DNA of 64,000 nucleotides, from positions 54,234-118,233 of the forward strand of contig CACXYM010000002.1 in the NCBI GenBank assembly GCA_902771935.1, in the 5' to 3' direction. The notes under the pieces were generated by a model that ran no database searches, had not been told where the DNA came from, and was given only the letters and a program-made list of their open reading frames with translations. A program made the translations under genes and the position numbers. Of this stretch, positions 27,388 through 36,897 are shown one piece after another (the first letter of the stretch is position 1; each line of letters starts with the position of its first letter). The stretch comes from an uncultured Bacteroidales bacterium. Lineage in GTDB: Bacteria > Bacteroidota > Bacteroidia > Bacteroidales > Paludibacteraceae.

Positions 27388-29511
27388 ATGAAAAAAATTC
27401 TTCTTTCTTTAGTTGCAATCATTAGCGCTACAACTTTCGCGTTGGCGGCAGACGGCAAAGCGGGTGACAATATTGATTGGTATTGGTCCGATATGTCGCA
27501 GAAGTTAAGTTTTAGCGGCACGGGAGCGATGTGGGATGTTGACGACCCTGGATTTACCAGTTGGTATAAAGATTGCCATGAAGCAGTAAAGATTGAGATT
27601 GGTGAAGGCATTACTCATGTCGGCAATAATACATTCTATGGCTACTATCTTTGCAAAAACATTAGCTTACCATCTACTCTACAGTCAATCGGCGAAGATG
27701 CTTTTAACGGAACCATCATAACCTCCTTAGAACTACCGGCAAAACTAAAAACTATCGGAGCAAATGCATTTGCTTATTCCTATGGTTTGACCTATGTAAC
27801 CATTCCAGCATCCGTCACTTCTCTCGATCCAACAGCTTTTAGAAATTGCATCAAGATGATGTCTTTTACGGTGGAAGAAGGCAATAAAAACTATTGTTCT
27901 ATTGACGGAGTTATTTTTACTGCCGACAAAAAGACTTTAGTCACCTATCCGCTTATGGACGTTAAAGATAGGGATGAATACGAAATACCTTACGGCACAA
28001 CAACCATTTCCGAATATGCTTTCTATCACGTTCAAAAATTAGTTGCAGTTCACCTGCCGGCGACCATAAAAGAGCTGAAAAACTTCTCTTTCGCTGACGA
28101 AGATATTAAAGTTATCTATTGTCCTACGCATGTTCCGCCTTTAGCCGATGACGCTTTCGAGTTAGGCAGCGACTGGATGGATACAAACTCTAAAATCTAT
28201 ATCCCTACCGGAGCAACCGCAGCATATCAAGCTGCCGAAGGATGGAAAAGATTTAAGAACTTCATCGAAATGGACTTCCCTGATGTTGTTGATCCGAGTT
28301 GCACTGTTCCTACAGGTTTGGCATTGGTTGGAGAGCCATCGTTTAGTGCTGCTGAAATTTCATTAACTCCGGGTTCGAATGAACAAGCTGGTTGGGGTTT
28401 CCGCTATAAGAAAGCGAGTGAAAGCGAGTATCAGACTTATCCGAATCGTATAGCCAATACAGGCGCTTCCAGTTATTCGATTAACCTTATCAATTTGGAG
28501 CCTAATACGACATACAATGTGGTTGCTTTCGGCGTTTGCGGAGATGACGTAGAGGATAATATTATCAGCGAAAACTCGGCAGTATTTACGTTCACAACGG
28601 CGGATGTGCCTGCTGAACAGACAACGCCGACAGTAGATAATGATTGGGTTTATTACGGCACAAATACGTTTGGAATGGATATCGAGATTGTTGAGAATCC
28701 GTACTGGGGTATAATGATTCCGACGAATACGGCCGTAAGCAAATATCTCGATAAAGTGAAAGTATATGCTTCTAACCTCGATAAACTGGAATTGGCTGTA
28801 TATACAGGCGGAAATACTCCGGATAAAGCAACTAAAGTGTGGTCGCAAAACGTGCAACCGACTGATCTCAACCAACTCAATGAAGTGGCATTATTAGAAC
28901 CCATTGAATATAGCAAGAGCAAGACCATGTGGATATTCTTCCGTCACACGCAAGCCTTCAACAATCCTATGGCTGCTTCTGCAGATGCCAATGCGCCAAA
29001 TGCTCGCTGGATTGGCATTCCTGCAGGAGATAAGATGAATTGGATGGATGTCAAAGATTATGACGCCCAATACACGTATTTTGCATGGCTGATTGATGCA
29101 CACTTTACCGCAACGGCCGTTTATCAGCCGTACGCAATCAACTTGCAAGTGGAAAGAGTAACCGACAACGCGGCTGTCATCAATTGGGTCGGTCGCGGTA
29201 AATTCGAACTGCGCTACGGCAAAGAAGGCACTCCGGTTGAGGATAAGAAAGTGGTGCCTAATGTCACCGCCAAGAAATATACCTTTAGCGGTCTGGAGAA
29301 GAGCAGCTACTACGAGTTCGAAGTGCGTGCTATGCTCAACGACGTTTGGAGCGATTGGTCCGAAGTACTGAAAGTACTTATCGAGAAACCGGAAGCCATC
29401 AACTCTGTCAATGCAGACAAAACGCAAAGCCAGAAAGTTATCCGCGAAGGACAACTCTATATTCTGCATGACGGCAAAGTGTATAATGCCGCCGGAATGA
29501 GAGTTGAATAG
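27388..29511 (+). CDS. BspA-type leucine-rich-repeat surface protein with FN3-like domains
   Basis: Signal peptide; repeated LPxxLxxIGxxAFxxCxxL units in the first 260 aa or so; FN3-like segments (for example VERVTDNAAVINWVG...YYEFEVRA); conserved C-terminal tail GQLYILHDGKVYNAAGMRVE. Confidence 0.8.
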   Translation: MKKILLSLVAIISATTFALAADGKAGDNIDWYWSDMSQKLSFSGTGAMWDVDDPGFTSWYKDCHEAVKIEIGEGITHVGNNTFYGYYLCKNISLPSTLQSIGEDAFNGTIITSLELPAKLKTIGANAFAYSYGLTYVTIPASVTSLDPTAFRNCIKMMSFTVEEGNKNYCSIDGVIFTADKKTLVTYPLMDVKDRDEYEIPYGTTTISEYAFYHVQKLVAVHLPATIKELKNFSFADEDIKVIYCPTHVPPLADDAFELGSDWMDTNSKIYIPTGATAAYQAAEGWKRFKNFIEMDFPDVVDPSCTVPTGLALVGEPSFSAAEISLTPGSNEQAGWGFRYKKASESEYQTYPNRIANTGASSYSINLINLEPNTTYNVVAFGVCGDDVEDNIISENSAVFTFTTADVPAEQTTPTVDNDWVYYGTNTFGMDIEIVENPYWGIMIPTNTAVSKYLDKVKVYASNLDKLELAVYTGGNTPDKATKVWSQNVQPTDLNQLNEVALLEPIEYSKSKTMWIFFRHTQAFNNPMAASADANAPNARWIGIPAGDKMNWMDVKDYDAQYTYFAWLIDAHFTATAVYQPYAINLQVERVTDNAAVINWVGRGKFELRYGKEGTPVEDKKVVPNVTAKKYTFSGLEKSSYYEFEVRAMLNDVWSDWSEVLKVLIEKPEAINSVNADKTQSQKVIREGQLYILHDGKVYNAAGMRVE

Positions 29512-29514
29512 GAG

Positions 29515-30546
29515 TTAGGAGATTGTTCCTGTTTGGTATGTCCGCCACTTGTCAATAAGGGCGGACATATCTTTTGGCCATTGGCTGTCGAAGAACATCC
29601 GCTCACCCGTTCTGGGATGTGTAAATCCAAGTGTTTTGGCGTGTAATACTTGCCGCGGGCAAAGCGCAAAGCAATTCTGAATATACTGTTTGTACTTTTG
29701 CGTCGGAACTCCTTTGAGAATCTCTGTGCCACCGTATTTCTCATCGGAGAAAAGCGGATGACCGATATGCTTCATATGCACTCGGATTTGGTGCGTACGA
29801 CCTGTTTCGAGCTTACACTCTACGAGTGTGACATATGGGAAACGCTCCAATACTCGCCAATGCGTGATAGCTTCTTTGGCATTTGGATTATCTTCGAGGT
29901 CATAAACCCTATAGATTGTTCGATCCCGATTATCTCGCGCCAATGCTCCTGTAATTGTTCCTGAGTCTTCTGCGAATGTACCCCATACAAGTGCATTATA
30001 TGTCCGTTCGCATGTGTGTTCGAAGAACTGAATACCAAGATTCGTTTTGGCTTCGGGCGTTTTAGCAATAAGCAGCAAACCGCTCGTATCCTTATCGATA
30101 CGATGCACTAAACCGATATTGGGATTGTTGATGTCGAGTTTTTCACCGAAATAATACGCCAAGGCATTAAGCAGCGTGTGTTCGTAATTGCCGTGTCCGG
30201 GATGTACCACTAATCCGGCCGGCTTATTAACGACGAGCACATCGTCATCTTCATACACTACCTCTAACGGTATATTCTCCGGTTGAATAGAGTAATCGCG
30301 GGGCTCGTGATCCAAAAGTATTTGAATCACATCCAGCGGCTTGATTTTATGATTGCTGCTAACAGGTTTTCCGTTGACAAGAATATTGCCAGCATCGGCG
30401 GCATTTTGAATACGGTTACGCGAAGTACCTGCCATATGTTCAGTCAGATACTTATCTACTCGAACGGGTGTTTGGCCCTTATCTACTTCGCATCGAAATC
30501 GTTCCCAGAGTTCGTCTTCAGGTTCTATGTAAGCCTCATCGATCAT
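29515..30546 (-). CDS. rluD: RluA-family 23S rRNA pseudouridine synthase (RluD-like)
   Basis: N-terminal S4 domain; HRIDKDTSGLLLIAK catalytic motif; GRTHQIRVH. Confidence 0.88.
   Translation of the reverse strand: MIDEAYIEPEDELWERFRCEVDKGQTPVRVDKYLTEHMAGTSRNRIQNAADAGNILVNGKPVSSNHKIKPLDVIQILLDHEPRDYSIQPENIPLEVVYEDDDVLVVNKPAGLVVHPGHGNYEHTLLNALAYYFGEKLDINNPNIGLVHRIDKDTSGLLLIAKTPEAKTNLGIQFFEHTCERTYNALVWGTFAEDSGTITGALARDNRDRTIYRVYDLEDNPNAKEAITHWRVLERFPYVTLVECKLETGRTHQIRVHMKHIGHPLFSDEKYGGTEILKGVPTQKYKQYIQNCFALCPRQVLHAKTLGFTHPRTGERMFFDSQWPKDMSALIDKWRTYQTGTIS
29538..29575 (+). terminator. Rho-independent terminator of the LRR gene, embedded in the rluD 3' coding end
   Basis: ATGTCCGCC (29538-29546) pairs perfectly with GGCGGACAT (29559-29567), followed by ATCTTTT. 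Confidence 0.55.
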
Positions 30547-31367
30547 TAGAAGAAATCATCTTCGTCGTTGGTATTCTGCGCGGAGATGGCTTTCTCAATA
30601 TCGGTGGTGAGGTATAAATCTACGCGTGAGCCTTCATACAAAACAGTTCCTGCTGCGGGTTCTTGCTTATAAACGACGTATAGCGACGCTGTCTCAGGTG
30701 TAGGATCTTCGTCATATGCAATCATACCGAGTGTTAAGTACTTACTTAACAGTGTGGATCGTGCGCCGGTCAAACTGCGACCAATGATATTTGGGACGTC
30801 CACTTTATTGTTACTTCTACCGCGACCTATTACCAACGTCACCGTACTTCCTTCATCAATCCGTTCACCGGGTTGTATGGACTTTCCGCCTCTGCGCACA
30901 TCAAGAACCAAATCCCGATATTCGGACGGTTCATAGATGCAGTTGCCTACGCTGATATTGAGCGCACGCAATGTGGCTTCCGCCTGACGGTAACTGATAT
31001 CTTGCAGATTAGGCAAGGGCACTTGACGCACTGTCTTGGAATTAATGATCACGTAAATAGGACGACCATGCTTGCAATGGCTATTGGCAACCGGAGTCTG
31101 CTCAACGATAGTACCAAGAGGCACTTTCTTGCTATACGTAGAATCCACAACCTCTATTTGCAAACCTTCGTGAGCGACAAGGGTATAAGCTTCTTCAATA
31201 TACATACCGGTTACATCAGGCACTTCTACTTCGATTCCATGCTCAGTATAACGTTTCAGGTAGGAAAGCAGAACGATTAGCAACACGATGCCGATGGCCA
31301 GTGCTATAAGCAGGTTTTTCAGAATAAACCCTATTTTAGTGTCGTTGAAGAAGGTTTTAATGCTCAT
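30546..31367 (-). CDS. Membrane-anchored PASTA-domain protein
   Basis: ATG 31367 (MSIKTFFNDTKIGFILKNLL), a TM helix, then three PASTA-like repeats (VPDVTGM, LPNLQDISYRQA, VPNIIGRSLTGA). The ORF-track start at 31469 lies upstream of the promoter. Confidence 0.8.
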   Translation of the reverse strand: MSIKTFFNDTKIGFILKNLLIALAIGIVLLIVLLSYLKRYTEHGIEVEVPDVTGMYIEEAYTLVAHEGLQIEVVDSTYSKKVPLGTIVEQTPVANSHCKHGRPIYVIINSKTVRQVPLPNLQDISYRQAEATLRALNISVGNCIYEPSEYRDLVLDVRRGGKSIQPGERIDEGSTVTLVIGRGRSNNKVDVPNIIGRSLTGARSTLLSKYLTLGMIAYDEDPTPETASLYVVYKQEPAAGTVLYEGSRVDLYLTTDIEKAISAQNTNDEDDFF

Positions 31368-31385
31368 AATCTCGAAATTTGCGTG

Positions 31386-31417
31386 CAAAAGTACACTTTT
31401 TTTTGGAAGTATGCAAA
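31386..31417 (-). promoter_or_regulatory. Promoter: -33 TTTG / -7 TACTTTTG (PASTA gene)
   Basis: Boxes 20 nt apart. Interleaved with the divergent + strand promoter. Confidence 0.7.
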
Positions 31418-31433
31418 TAATTATGTACTTTTG
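31402..31433 (+). promoter_or_regulatory. Promoter: -33 TTTG / -7 TACTTTTG (small lipoprotein gene)
   Basis: Boxes 20 nt apart; -7 box 55 nt upstream of ATG 31488. Confidence 0.65.
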
Positions 31434-31487
31434 CGGTCGATTAGCGAAATAATTCGATAATCTGACCATTTTTAAACGCGTTTTAGA

Positions 31488-31676
31488 ATGAAGAAATTAG
31501 TTATTTTGACCGTTATTGCCATGGCTGCAATCGGTTGCTGCAAGAAAGCAGACGGCAAGTGCTGCAAAGAGGCTCAAGCTGAAGAAGCTGCTGCTGTAGA
31601 AGAAGTAGTAGTTGAAGAAGTTGCTGCTGACAGCGCTGCTGCTGAAGTTGTAGAAGTTGTAGAAGTAGCTGAGTAA
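31488..31676 (+). CDS. Small acidic lipoprotein with CC...CC motif
   Basis: 62 aa: MKKLVILTVIAMAAIGC lipobox, CCKKADGKCC, then an E/V/A-rich tail. It has its own promoter and terminator. Confidence 0.6.
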   Translation: MKKLVILTVIAMAAIGCCKKADGKCCKEAQAEEAAAVEEVVVEEVAADSAAAEVVEVVEVAE

Positions 31677-31699
31677 TTAGATACCAACAACTTGTACCA

Positions 31700-31730
31700 C
31701 GGCGATGAGTTATCTCTCGCCGTTTTTTTT
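31700..31730. terminator. Rho-independent terminator
   Basis: CGGCGA(T)GAG-TTAT-CTCTCGCCG followed by eight T, between the convergent small gene and trmD. Confidence 0.8.
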
Positions 31731-31733
31731 GTC

Positions 31734-32417
31734 CTATTGCTTAGACTCAAGCAAATCAGGCCTTCTTTCCTGCGTATGCTGAAGATTCTGTTCGTAGAGC
31801 CATTCTTCAATCTTTGCCTGATGTCCAGAAAGGAGGATATCGGGCACTTTCCAACCTTTATATTCAGCTGGACGAGTATATACGCCAGCTTCAAGCAGGC
31901 CGTCCTGGAAACTGTCGGAGAGTGCAGAAGTCTCGTCTCCGAGAGCACCCGGGATAAGACGAACGATAGCATCAGTCATCATCGCGGCAGGCATTTCACC
32001 TCCGGTGAGCACGAAGTCACCAATAGAGTATTCTTTAGTGATAAAGTGGTCGCGCACCCGTTGGTCCACGCCCTTATAATGGCCGCAGAGAATGATGATG
32101 TTTTGCTTGAGAGACAGAGAGTTAGCGGCTTTCTGCGTGAATGGTTCGCCGTCGGGAGCGGTGAAGATAATCTCATCGTAGTTGCGTTCCGCCGTGAGGG
32201 CAGAGATGCATCGGTCAATGGGTTCTATCTGTAACACCATACCTGCCGAGAAACCAAAGGCATAGTCGTCCACTTTACGATGTTTATCAAGCGTATAATC
32301 GCGCAGATTATGCACATAGATTTCTGCGAGCCCTTTGTCTTTGGCTCGTTGAATAATGGAGTGATTAAATGGTGACTCCAATAATTCCGGACAGGCAGTG
32401 ATGATGTCGATACGCAT
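31734..32417 (-). CDS. trmD: tRNA (guanine37-N1)-methyltransferase
   Basis: [25 protein letters not shown]..., with ATG 32417 preferred over 32456. Confidence 0.92.
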   Translation of the reverse strand: MRIDIITACPELLESPFNHSIIQRAKDKGLAEIYVHNLRDYTLDKHRKVDDYAFGFSAGMVLQIEPIDRCISALTAERNYDEIIFTAPDGEPFTQKAANSLSLKQNIIILCGHYKGVDQRVRDHFITKEYSIGDFVLTGGEMPAAMMTDAIVRLIPGALGDETSALSDSFQDGLLEAGVYTRPAEYKGWKVPDILLSGHQAKIEEWLYEQNLQHTQERRPDLLESKQ

Positions 32418-32427
32418 GTCAATAAAA

Positions 32428-32649
32428 TTATGGAACGGGGTCGTATCCTGAACCACCCCATGGATTACAGCGTAAGATTCGTTTTATTCCGAGCCACGTA
32501 CCTTTGAAAATTCCGTATTTGTGTACCGCTTCAACCATATATTGGCTGCATGTCGGTGTGTACCGACAAGAAGGCGGCGTAAGTGGCGATATACAGTATC
32601 TATAGAAGTATACCGGCAGTAGGAATATGTTACGAATTAGCTTCTTCAT
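32428..32649 (-). CDS. yidD: Membrane protein insertion efficiency factor YidD
   Basis: 73 aa; [18 protein letters not shown]. Confidence 0.92.
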   Translation of the reverse strand: MKKLIRNIFLLPVYFYRYCISPLTPPSCRYTPTCSQYMVEAVHKYGIFKGTWLGIKRILRCNPWGGSGYDPVP

Positions 32650-32989
32650 TCAATTTATTTATGGTCTTCGCAACTGCTTTTTCGATAGCGTCATATCCAA
32701 GCATAGTCTTGTCCATATAGTTGAAGGCGATGAGATAATGCTTGTTGAGTTTGTTCTTATTCAACCGCCATGCCTCACGCATTTGCCGGCGCAGTCTATT
32801 GCGTTCTACGGCATGTTTGAAGAGCGCTTTTGCAGCCCAAACAAGCACTTGGGTATCTTCTGACGGCAGATAAGTGACGCGCAACGGCCATGCAACGAGG
32901 CGTTTACCCCGTTTGTAGAGGTCTGCTATACGCAGTTGTCCGCAGAGACGCTCATATTTAGGAAAGTTGTTGTTCAAGGTAACGCTCAA
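32630..32989 (-). CDS. rnpA: Ribonuclease P protein component
   Basis: 119 aa, basic; [16 protein letters not shown]; lies upstream of yidD. Confidence 0.88.
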   Translation of the reverse strand: MSVTLNNNFPKYERLCGQLRIADLYKRGKRLVAWPLRVTYLPSEDTQVLVWAAKALFKHAVERNRLRRQMREAWRLNKNKLNKHYLIAFNYMDKTMLGYDAIEKAVAKTINKLNEEANS

Positions 32990-33701
32990 TGGCGGTAGTT
33001 ATACTCGTGCACTCAGGAGTAGGCGCAGCTACTTGCACGCTCAATCCTGCTTCTTTAGCCGCAGCAAGGGTGTTCTGTCCAAAACAACCGATAACCGTTT
33101 CGCCCTGTACCCAATCAGGAAAGTTCTTGCGAATCGAGGCTACTCCCGTTGGAGTAAAGAGGACTATCATATCGTAGTCAAACGGCTCGTTTTCAGGCCA
33201 CTTCGTTGCTACTGTCTTATACATAACCGCAGGCTTGACGATAATATTGTTCTCAGCAAACATATTTATGGTATTGTCGTTGTGAACATCAGACATAACC
33301 ATCAAATATTTCTCATTAGGTCTGCGAAACATAGTAGGCAGAAGATCCGCGAAGTTGTTGTGCTCGCTGAAGAAAACCTTGCGTTTACGATACTGAATAT
33401 ACTTCTGAAGATAATTGGCTACAGCCTCTGAAATGCAATAGTAATGCATACTATCCGGTACCTGAACACGCAGTTCCTCGCAAAGACGGAAGTAATGGTC
33501 TGCGCCTAAACGTGAATTGAGCAAAACTGCCGAATAATCCAAAGGATTAATGCGCTGTTGTCTGAACTCGTGCGCGTCTAATCCCTCAACATGAATAAGT
33601 GGACGGAAATCGAATTTGACTCCGTAACGCGCCTCCATATCGGTATATGGGTTGCGCTCCGTAATCGGACGAGGTTGAGAAATAAGAATCTTTTGTATCA
33701 T
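32958..33701 (-). CDS. hemD: Uroporphyrinogen-III synthase family protein
   Basis: 247 aa, HEM4-like; ILISQPRP...; the usual Bacteroidota position upstream of rnpA. Confidence 0.75.
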   Translation of the reverse strand: MIQKILISQPRPITERNPYTDMEARYGVKFDFRPLIHVEGLDAHEFRQQRINPLDYSAVLLNSRLGADHYFRLCEELRVQVPDSMHYYCISEAVANYLQKYIQYRKRKVFFSEHNNFADLLPTMFRRPNEKYLMVMSDVHNDNTINMFAENNIIVKPAVMYKTVATKWPENEPFDYDMIVLFTPTGVASIRKNFPDWVQGETVIGCFGQNTLAAAKEAGLSVQVAAPTPECTSITTAIERYLEQQLS

Positions 33702-33725
33702 ATCTATTGTTGCTATAAGCGATTT

Positions 33726-34370
33726 TTATGCTATTTGTCTGACGCCCAAAACCAATACCGCAAGGGGAATAATTTCAAGAGTCAAAGTGTAAAGCGCAAT
33801 ATATCCCAAGGAACTCAGCCCCTGGTAGAAATGCTGCACTAACTTGATAAGTATATCTACGCAGAATAAACCGGCTATAATCAGTATCAACCATTGGAAA
33901 AAGTTATGATGCCCCACGTTAACAAAGACAAGCAGAATAGGATAAAGCACAATGCACAAAGCTGTCCAAAGGTTGGAATACTGCGTGAGATAAAGCGATG
34001 CAACCCGCCTCAAATCAAAGGTGTAACTCAGTATCCATGCAAAGAACGACTTACATGCCACAAAAGCAATGATTGCCAGTAAGATAAGCCCATAAGTCAG
34101 CATGGAGAACTCCCCTCCCTTATAGCATACAAGATACAGGGTCAGGGAGATAATACCGAGACGATAGATATTGAGTGCGACCGCTCCCAAGAAGTTAACT
34201 GCACTGTCGCCGAACATGCGTTCCATACGCGAAAAAGTAGTGCGAAAACTCATCTTGATTGTTTCCGGCTGAAGCACTTCCGCCATAACTATGCACAACA
34301 GAAGTCCGAGCAATAACCAGGAAGGCCATGCTTCTGACAGCGGAGATGATATTAGCGGGAGTTTATTCAT
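33726..34370 (-). CDS. DUF4271-like polytopic membrane protein
   Basis: 214 aa with about 6 TM helices; position upstream of hemD is typical of the family. Confidence 0.6.
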   Translation of the reverse strand: MNKLPLISSPLSEAWPSWLLLGLLLCIVMAEVLQPETIKMSFRTTFSRMERMFGDSAVNFLGAVALNIYRLGIISLTLYLVCYKGGEFSMLTYGLILLAIIAFVACKSFFAWILSYTFDLRRVASLYLTQYSNLWTALCIVLYPILLVFVNVGHHNFFQWLILIIAGLFCVDILIKLVQHFYQGLSSLGYIALYTLTLEIIPLAVLVLGVRQIA

Positions 34371-35604
34371 TGTCTTGCACTACCATTTTGTACAATTTAT
34401 CGCCGCGATGCAACACCTTATCTGTTTTGAGGGCAAATAGTTCGCCTTGTTTTACCTGCGAAGTAACCTGTTGGGCGTCGTTATGAATGTTGGTCGCAAT
34501 GGTTTCGTATGCACCGGTTGTCTCGCCGGTTATAAGCAGTTCATCCCCTTCGTTGAGTACAGGAATAGCCTCTAACTGAAACTCAGCTACGCTGATGTTC
34601 TTAAAGAAGTTAGTGCATTTGCCCGCATACACTTTCTTGCGCGTAGCCAAACTGCCGTAATGGCGAGTCCATTCCCCAAGTTTCTGTCCTTGGTAATAAC
34701 CGTCCCAGAAACCGCGGTTGAAAACACGCGCCAGACGAGTGTTCCAATCCTCTATTTTCGCACCAATGGTATCTTGAGCGTACTCGCCGTTTTGCCATGC
34801 TGAAACTGCTTCTTTGTAGCACGATACGACCGTTTGCACATATTCCGGACCGCGTGCGCGACCTTCAATCTTCAAAATAGTCACACCGGCATCCAATAAC
34901 TTATTGAGGAAACCAATCGTTTTCAGATCCTTCGGCGACATGATATATTGGTTGTCCACCTCTAATTCAAGGTCAGATTCTTTGTCTTTTACGATGTAGC
35001 CCCGGCGGCATACTTGCATACATGCTCCGCGATTAGCACTTGCACCCAGATTATTGAGGCTGAGATAGCACTTGCCGCTTACCGCCATACATAATGCACC
35101 GTGGCAGAACATCTCTATTTGAATCAGTTCCCCTTTCGGTCCACAGATATGCTGCTCCACAATATCGCGATGAATAGACGCCACCTGGTTGATATTCAGT
35201 TCGCGCGCCAGCACAACCGTATCGGCAAACTGTGCGTAGAAACGCAAAGCCTCGGTATTGGAGATATTCAGTTGCGTGGACAGATGTACTTCTACACCTT
35301 GTTCATGCGCATACTGCAAAACGGCTATATCGCTGGCGATAATCGCTGTAATACCGGCTTGCTTGGCGTTATCCACTATCGTACGCATTAGTGGCAAGTC
35401 CTCAGGATACATCACCGTGTTGAGCGTGAGATACGTCTGCACGCCTGCTTCGCGGCATCTTTGCACTATCGTATGCAAATCAGCCGTCGTGAAGTTAGCC
35501 GACGAACGGGCACGCATGTTCAGGTGCTCAATGCCGAAATAGACACTGTTAGCGCCTGATTCGATAGCGGCTGTCAGACTTTCCCAACAACCAACCGGAG
35601 CCAT
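34363..35604 (-). CDS. Peptidase U32 family protein
   Basis: MAPVGCWESLTAAIESGANSVYFG...EMFCHGALCMAVSGKCYLS. Confidence 0.85.
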   Translation of the reverse strand: MAPVGCWESLTAAIESGANSVYFGIEHLNMRARSSANFTTADLHTIVQRCREAGVQTYLTLNTVMYPEDLPLMRTIVDNAKQAGITAIIASDIAVLQYAHEQGVEVHLSTQLNISNTEALRFYAQFADTVVLARELNINQVASIHRDIVEQHICGPKGELIQIEMFCHGALCMAVSGKCYLSLNNLGASANRGACMQVCRRGYIVKDKESDLELEVDNQYIMSPKDLKTIGFLNKLLDAGVTILKIEGRARGPEYVQTVVSCYKEAVSAWQNGEYAQDTIGAKIEDWNTRLARVFNRGFWDGYYQGQKLGEWTRHYGSLATRKKVYAGKCTNFFKNISVAEFQLEAIPVLNEGDELLITGETTGAYETIATNIHNDAQQVTSQVKQGELFALKTDKVLHRGDKLYKMVVQDNE

Positions 35605-35634
35605 AATATTGATTTGTTTGTTCGTCGTAATATA

Positions 35635-36633
35635 TTATTGTTTAATGATATATTCAGCTATTTGTACCGCATTCAGCGCAGCGCCTTTACGGATTTGGTC
35701 GCCTACGCACCAGAAAGCAAGACCATTAGTGCGACTGATATCCTGTCTAACGCGACCTATATACACCTTGTCCGTTCCGCTGAGGAAAAGAGGCATCGGA
35801 TATTTCTTGTTGGCAGGATCGTCCATCAGTTCGCATCCTGTTCCGTTTCGGAATGCTTCTTTGGCTTGTTCAGCACTAATAGGTTGTTCGGTTTCAAGCC
35901 ATATACTCTCGCTGTGAGCACGAAGGGAAGGAACACGAACGCAAGTAGCACTTACTTGGATATCCGAGTGCATGATTTTGCGCGTCTCGTTGTACATCTT
36001 CATCTCCTCTTTCGTGTAGTCGTTGTCCATGAAGACATCTATCTGCGGAATAAGATTATATGCTAATTGGTAGGCGAATTTGCTCACCGTTACTTCTTCT
36101 CCGGCAAGCACCTGACGGTATTGAGTCTCTAACTCTTTCATTGCCTGCGCACCTGCGCCGGAAGCGGCTTGATAGGTAGCAACGTGTACTTGCTTAATAT
36201 GGCTTAGCCGTTCAATAACTTGCAGGGCTACCACCATCTGAATCGTCGTGCAATTAGGATTGGCAATGATACCGCGCGGACGGACAAGCGCATCAGCAGC
36301 GTTCACTTCCGGAACAACCAACGGCACATCCTCATCCATGCGGAATGCGCTGGAGTTGTCGATCATCACTGCGCCGAAACGGGTGATATCTTCCCAATAT
36401 TCGCGAGAGACGGATGCTCCGGCAGACGTGAAAGCGATATCTACACCCTTAAAATCATCGCCGTGTTTAAGTTCGTTAACTTTGTAGGAATGTCCACAGA
36501 ACGAATATTCGGTTCCGGCACTGCGCACGGAACCGAATAGACGAAGTTCGGTAACAGGAAAGTGGCGTTCTTCAAGCACTTTCAATAACTCTTGACCTAC
36601 GGCGCCTGATGCGCCCACTATCGCTACTACCAT
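35635..36633 (-). CDS. asd: Aspartate-semialdehyde dehydrogenase
   Basis: [13 protein letters not shown] Rossmann motif; [10 protein letters not shown] active-site Cys; 332 aa. Confidence 0.93.
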   Translation of the reverse strand: MVVAIVGASGAVGQELLKVLEERHFPVTELRLFGSVRSAGTEYSFCGHSYKVNELKHGDDFKGVDIAFTSAGASVSREYWEDITRFGAVMIDNSSAFRMDEDVPLVVPEVNAADALVRPRGIIANPNCTTIQMVVALQVIERLSHIKQVHVATYQAASGAGAQAMKELETQYRQVLAGEEVTVSKFAYQLAYNLIPQIDVFMDNDYTKEEMKMYNETRKIMHSDIQVSATCVRVPSLRAHSESIWLETEQPISAEQAKEAFRNGTGCELMDDPANKKYPMPLFLSGTDKVYIGRVRQDISRTNGLAFWCVGDQIRKGAALNAVQIAEYIIKQ

Positions 36634-36651
36634 AATCGCAACAATCTGGAA

Positions 36652-36849
36652 TTATTGTAACGAAATAATAGTGTCAGCCCCTTTTACGTCGAAAGCAATT
36701 TTGCCTTCACGTGCCAACCAACCAAGTGCCAGATTCAAGTCTGCATCTTTCAGCTTGGTAGCTTTCTTAAGAGCCTTCTGTGCGAGAGCGCCGTTCTGCA
36801 GAGCAGTCCAAATTAAGCCGGCGTTCTCTCCAATTTTACTTGTAATCAT
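36652..36849 (-). CDS. Small winged-helix protein (DUF2582-like)
   Basis: 65 aa; IGENAGLIWTAL...LNLALGWLAREGKI. Confidence 0.65.
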   Translation of the reverse strand: MITSKIGENAGLIWTALQNGALAQKALKKATKLKDADLNLALGWLAREGKIAFDVKGADTIISLQ

Positions 36850-36897
36850 AATACCTTAAAATTAAAATTTAACACCACATACCGATATAGAATCGGT

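Noticed and set aside
31574-31972. A 132-aa minus-strand ORF overlapping the small lipoprotein gene, the terminator and the trmD 3' end.
   Set aside because: It reads through a strong terminator and overlaps two better-supported genes.
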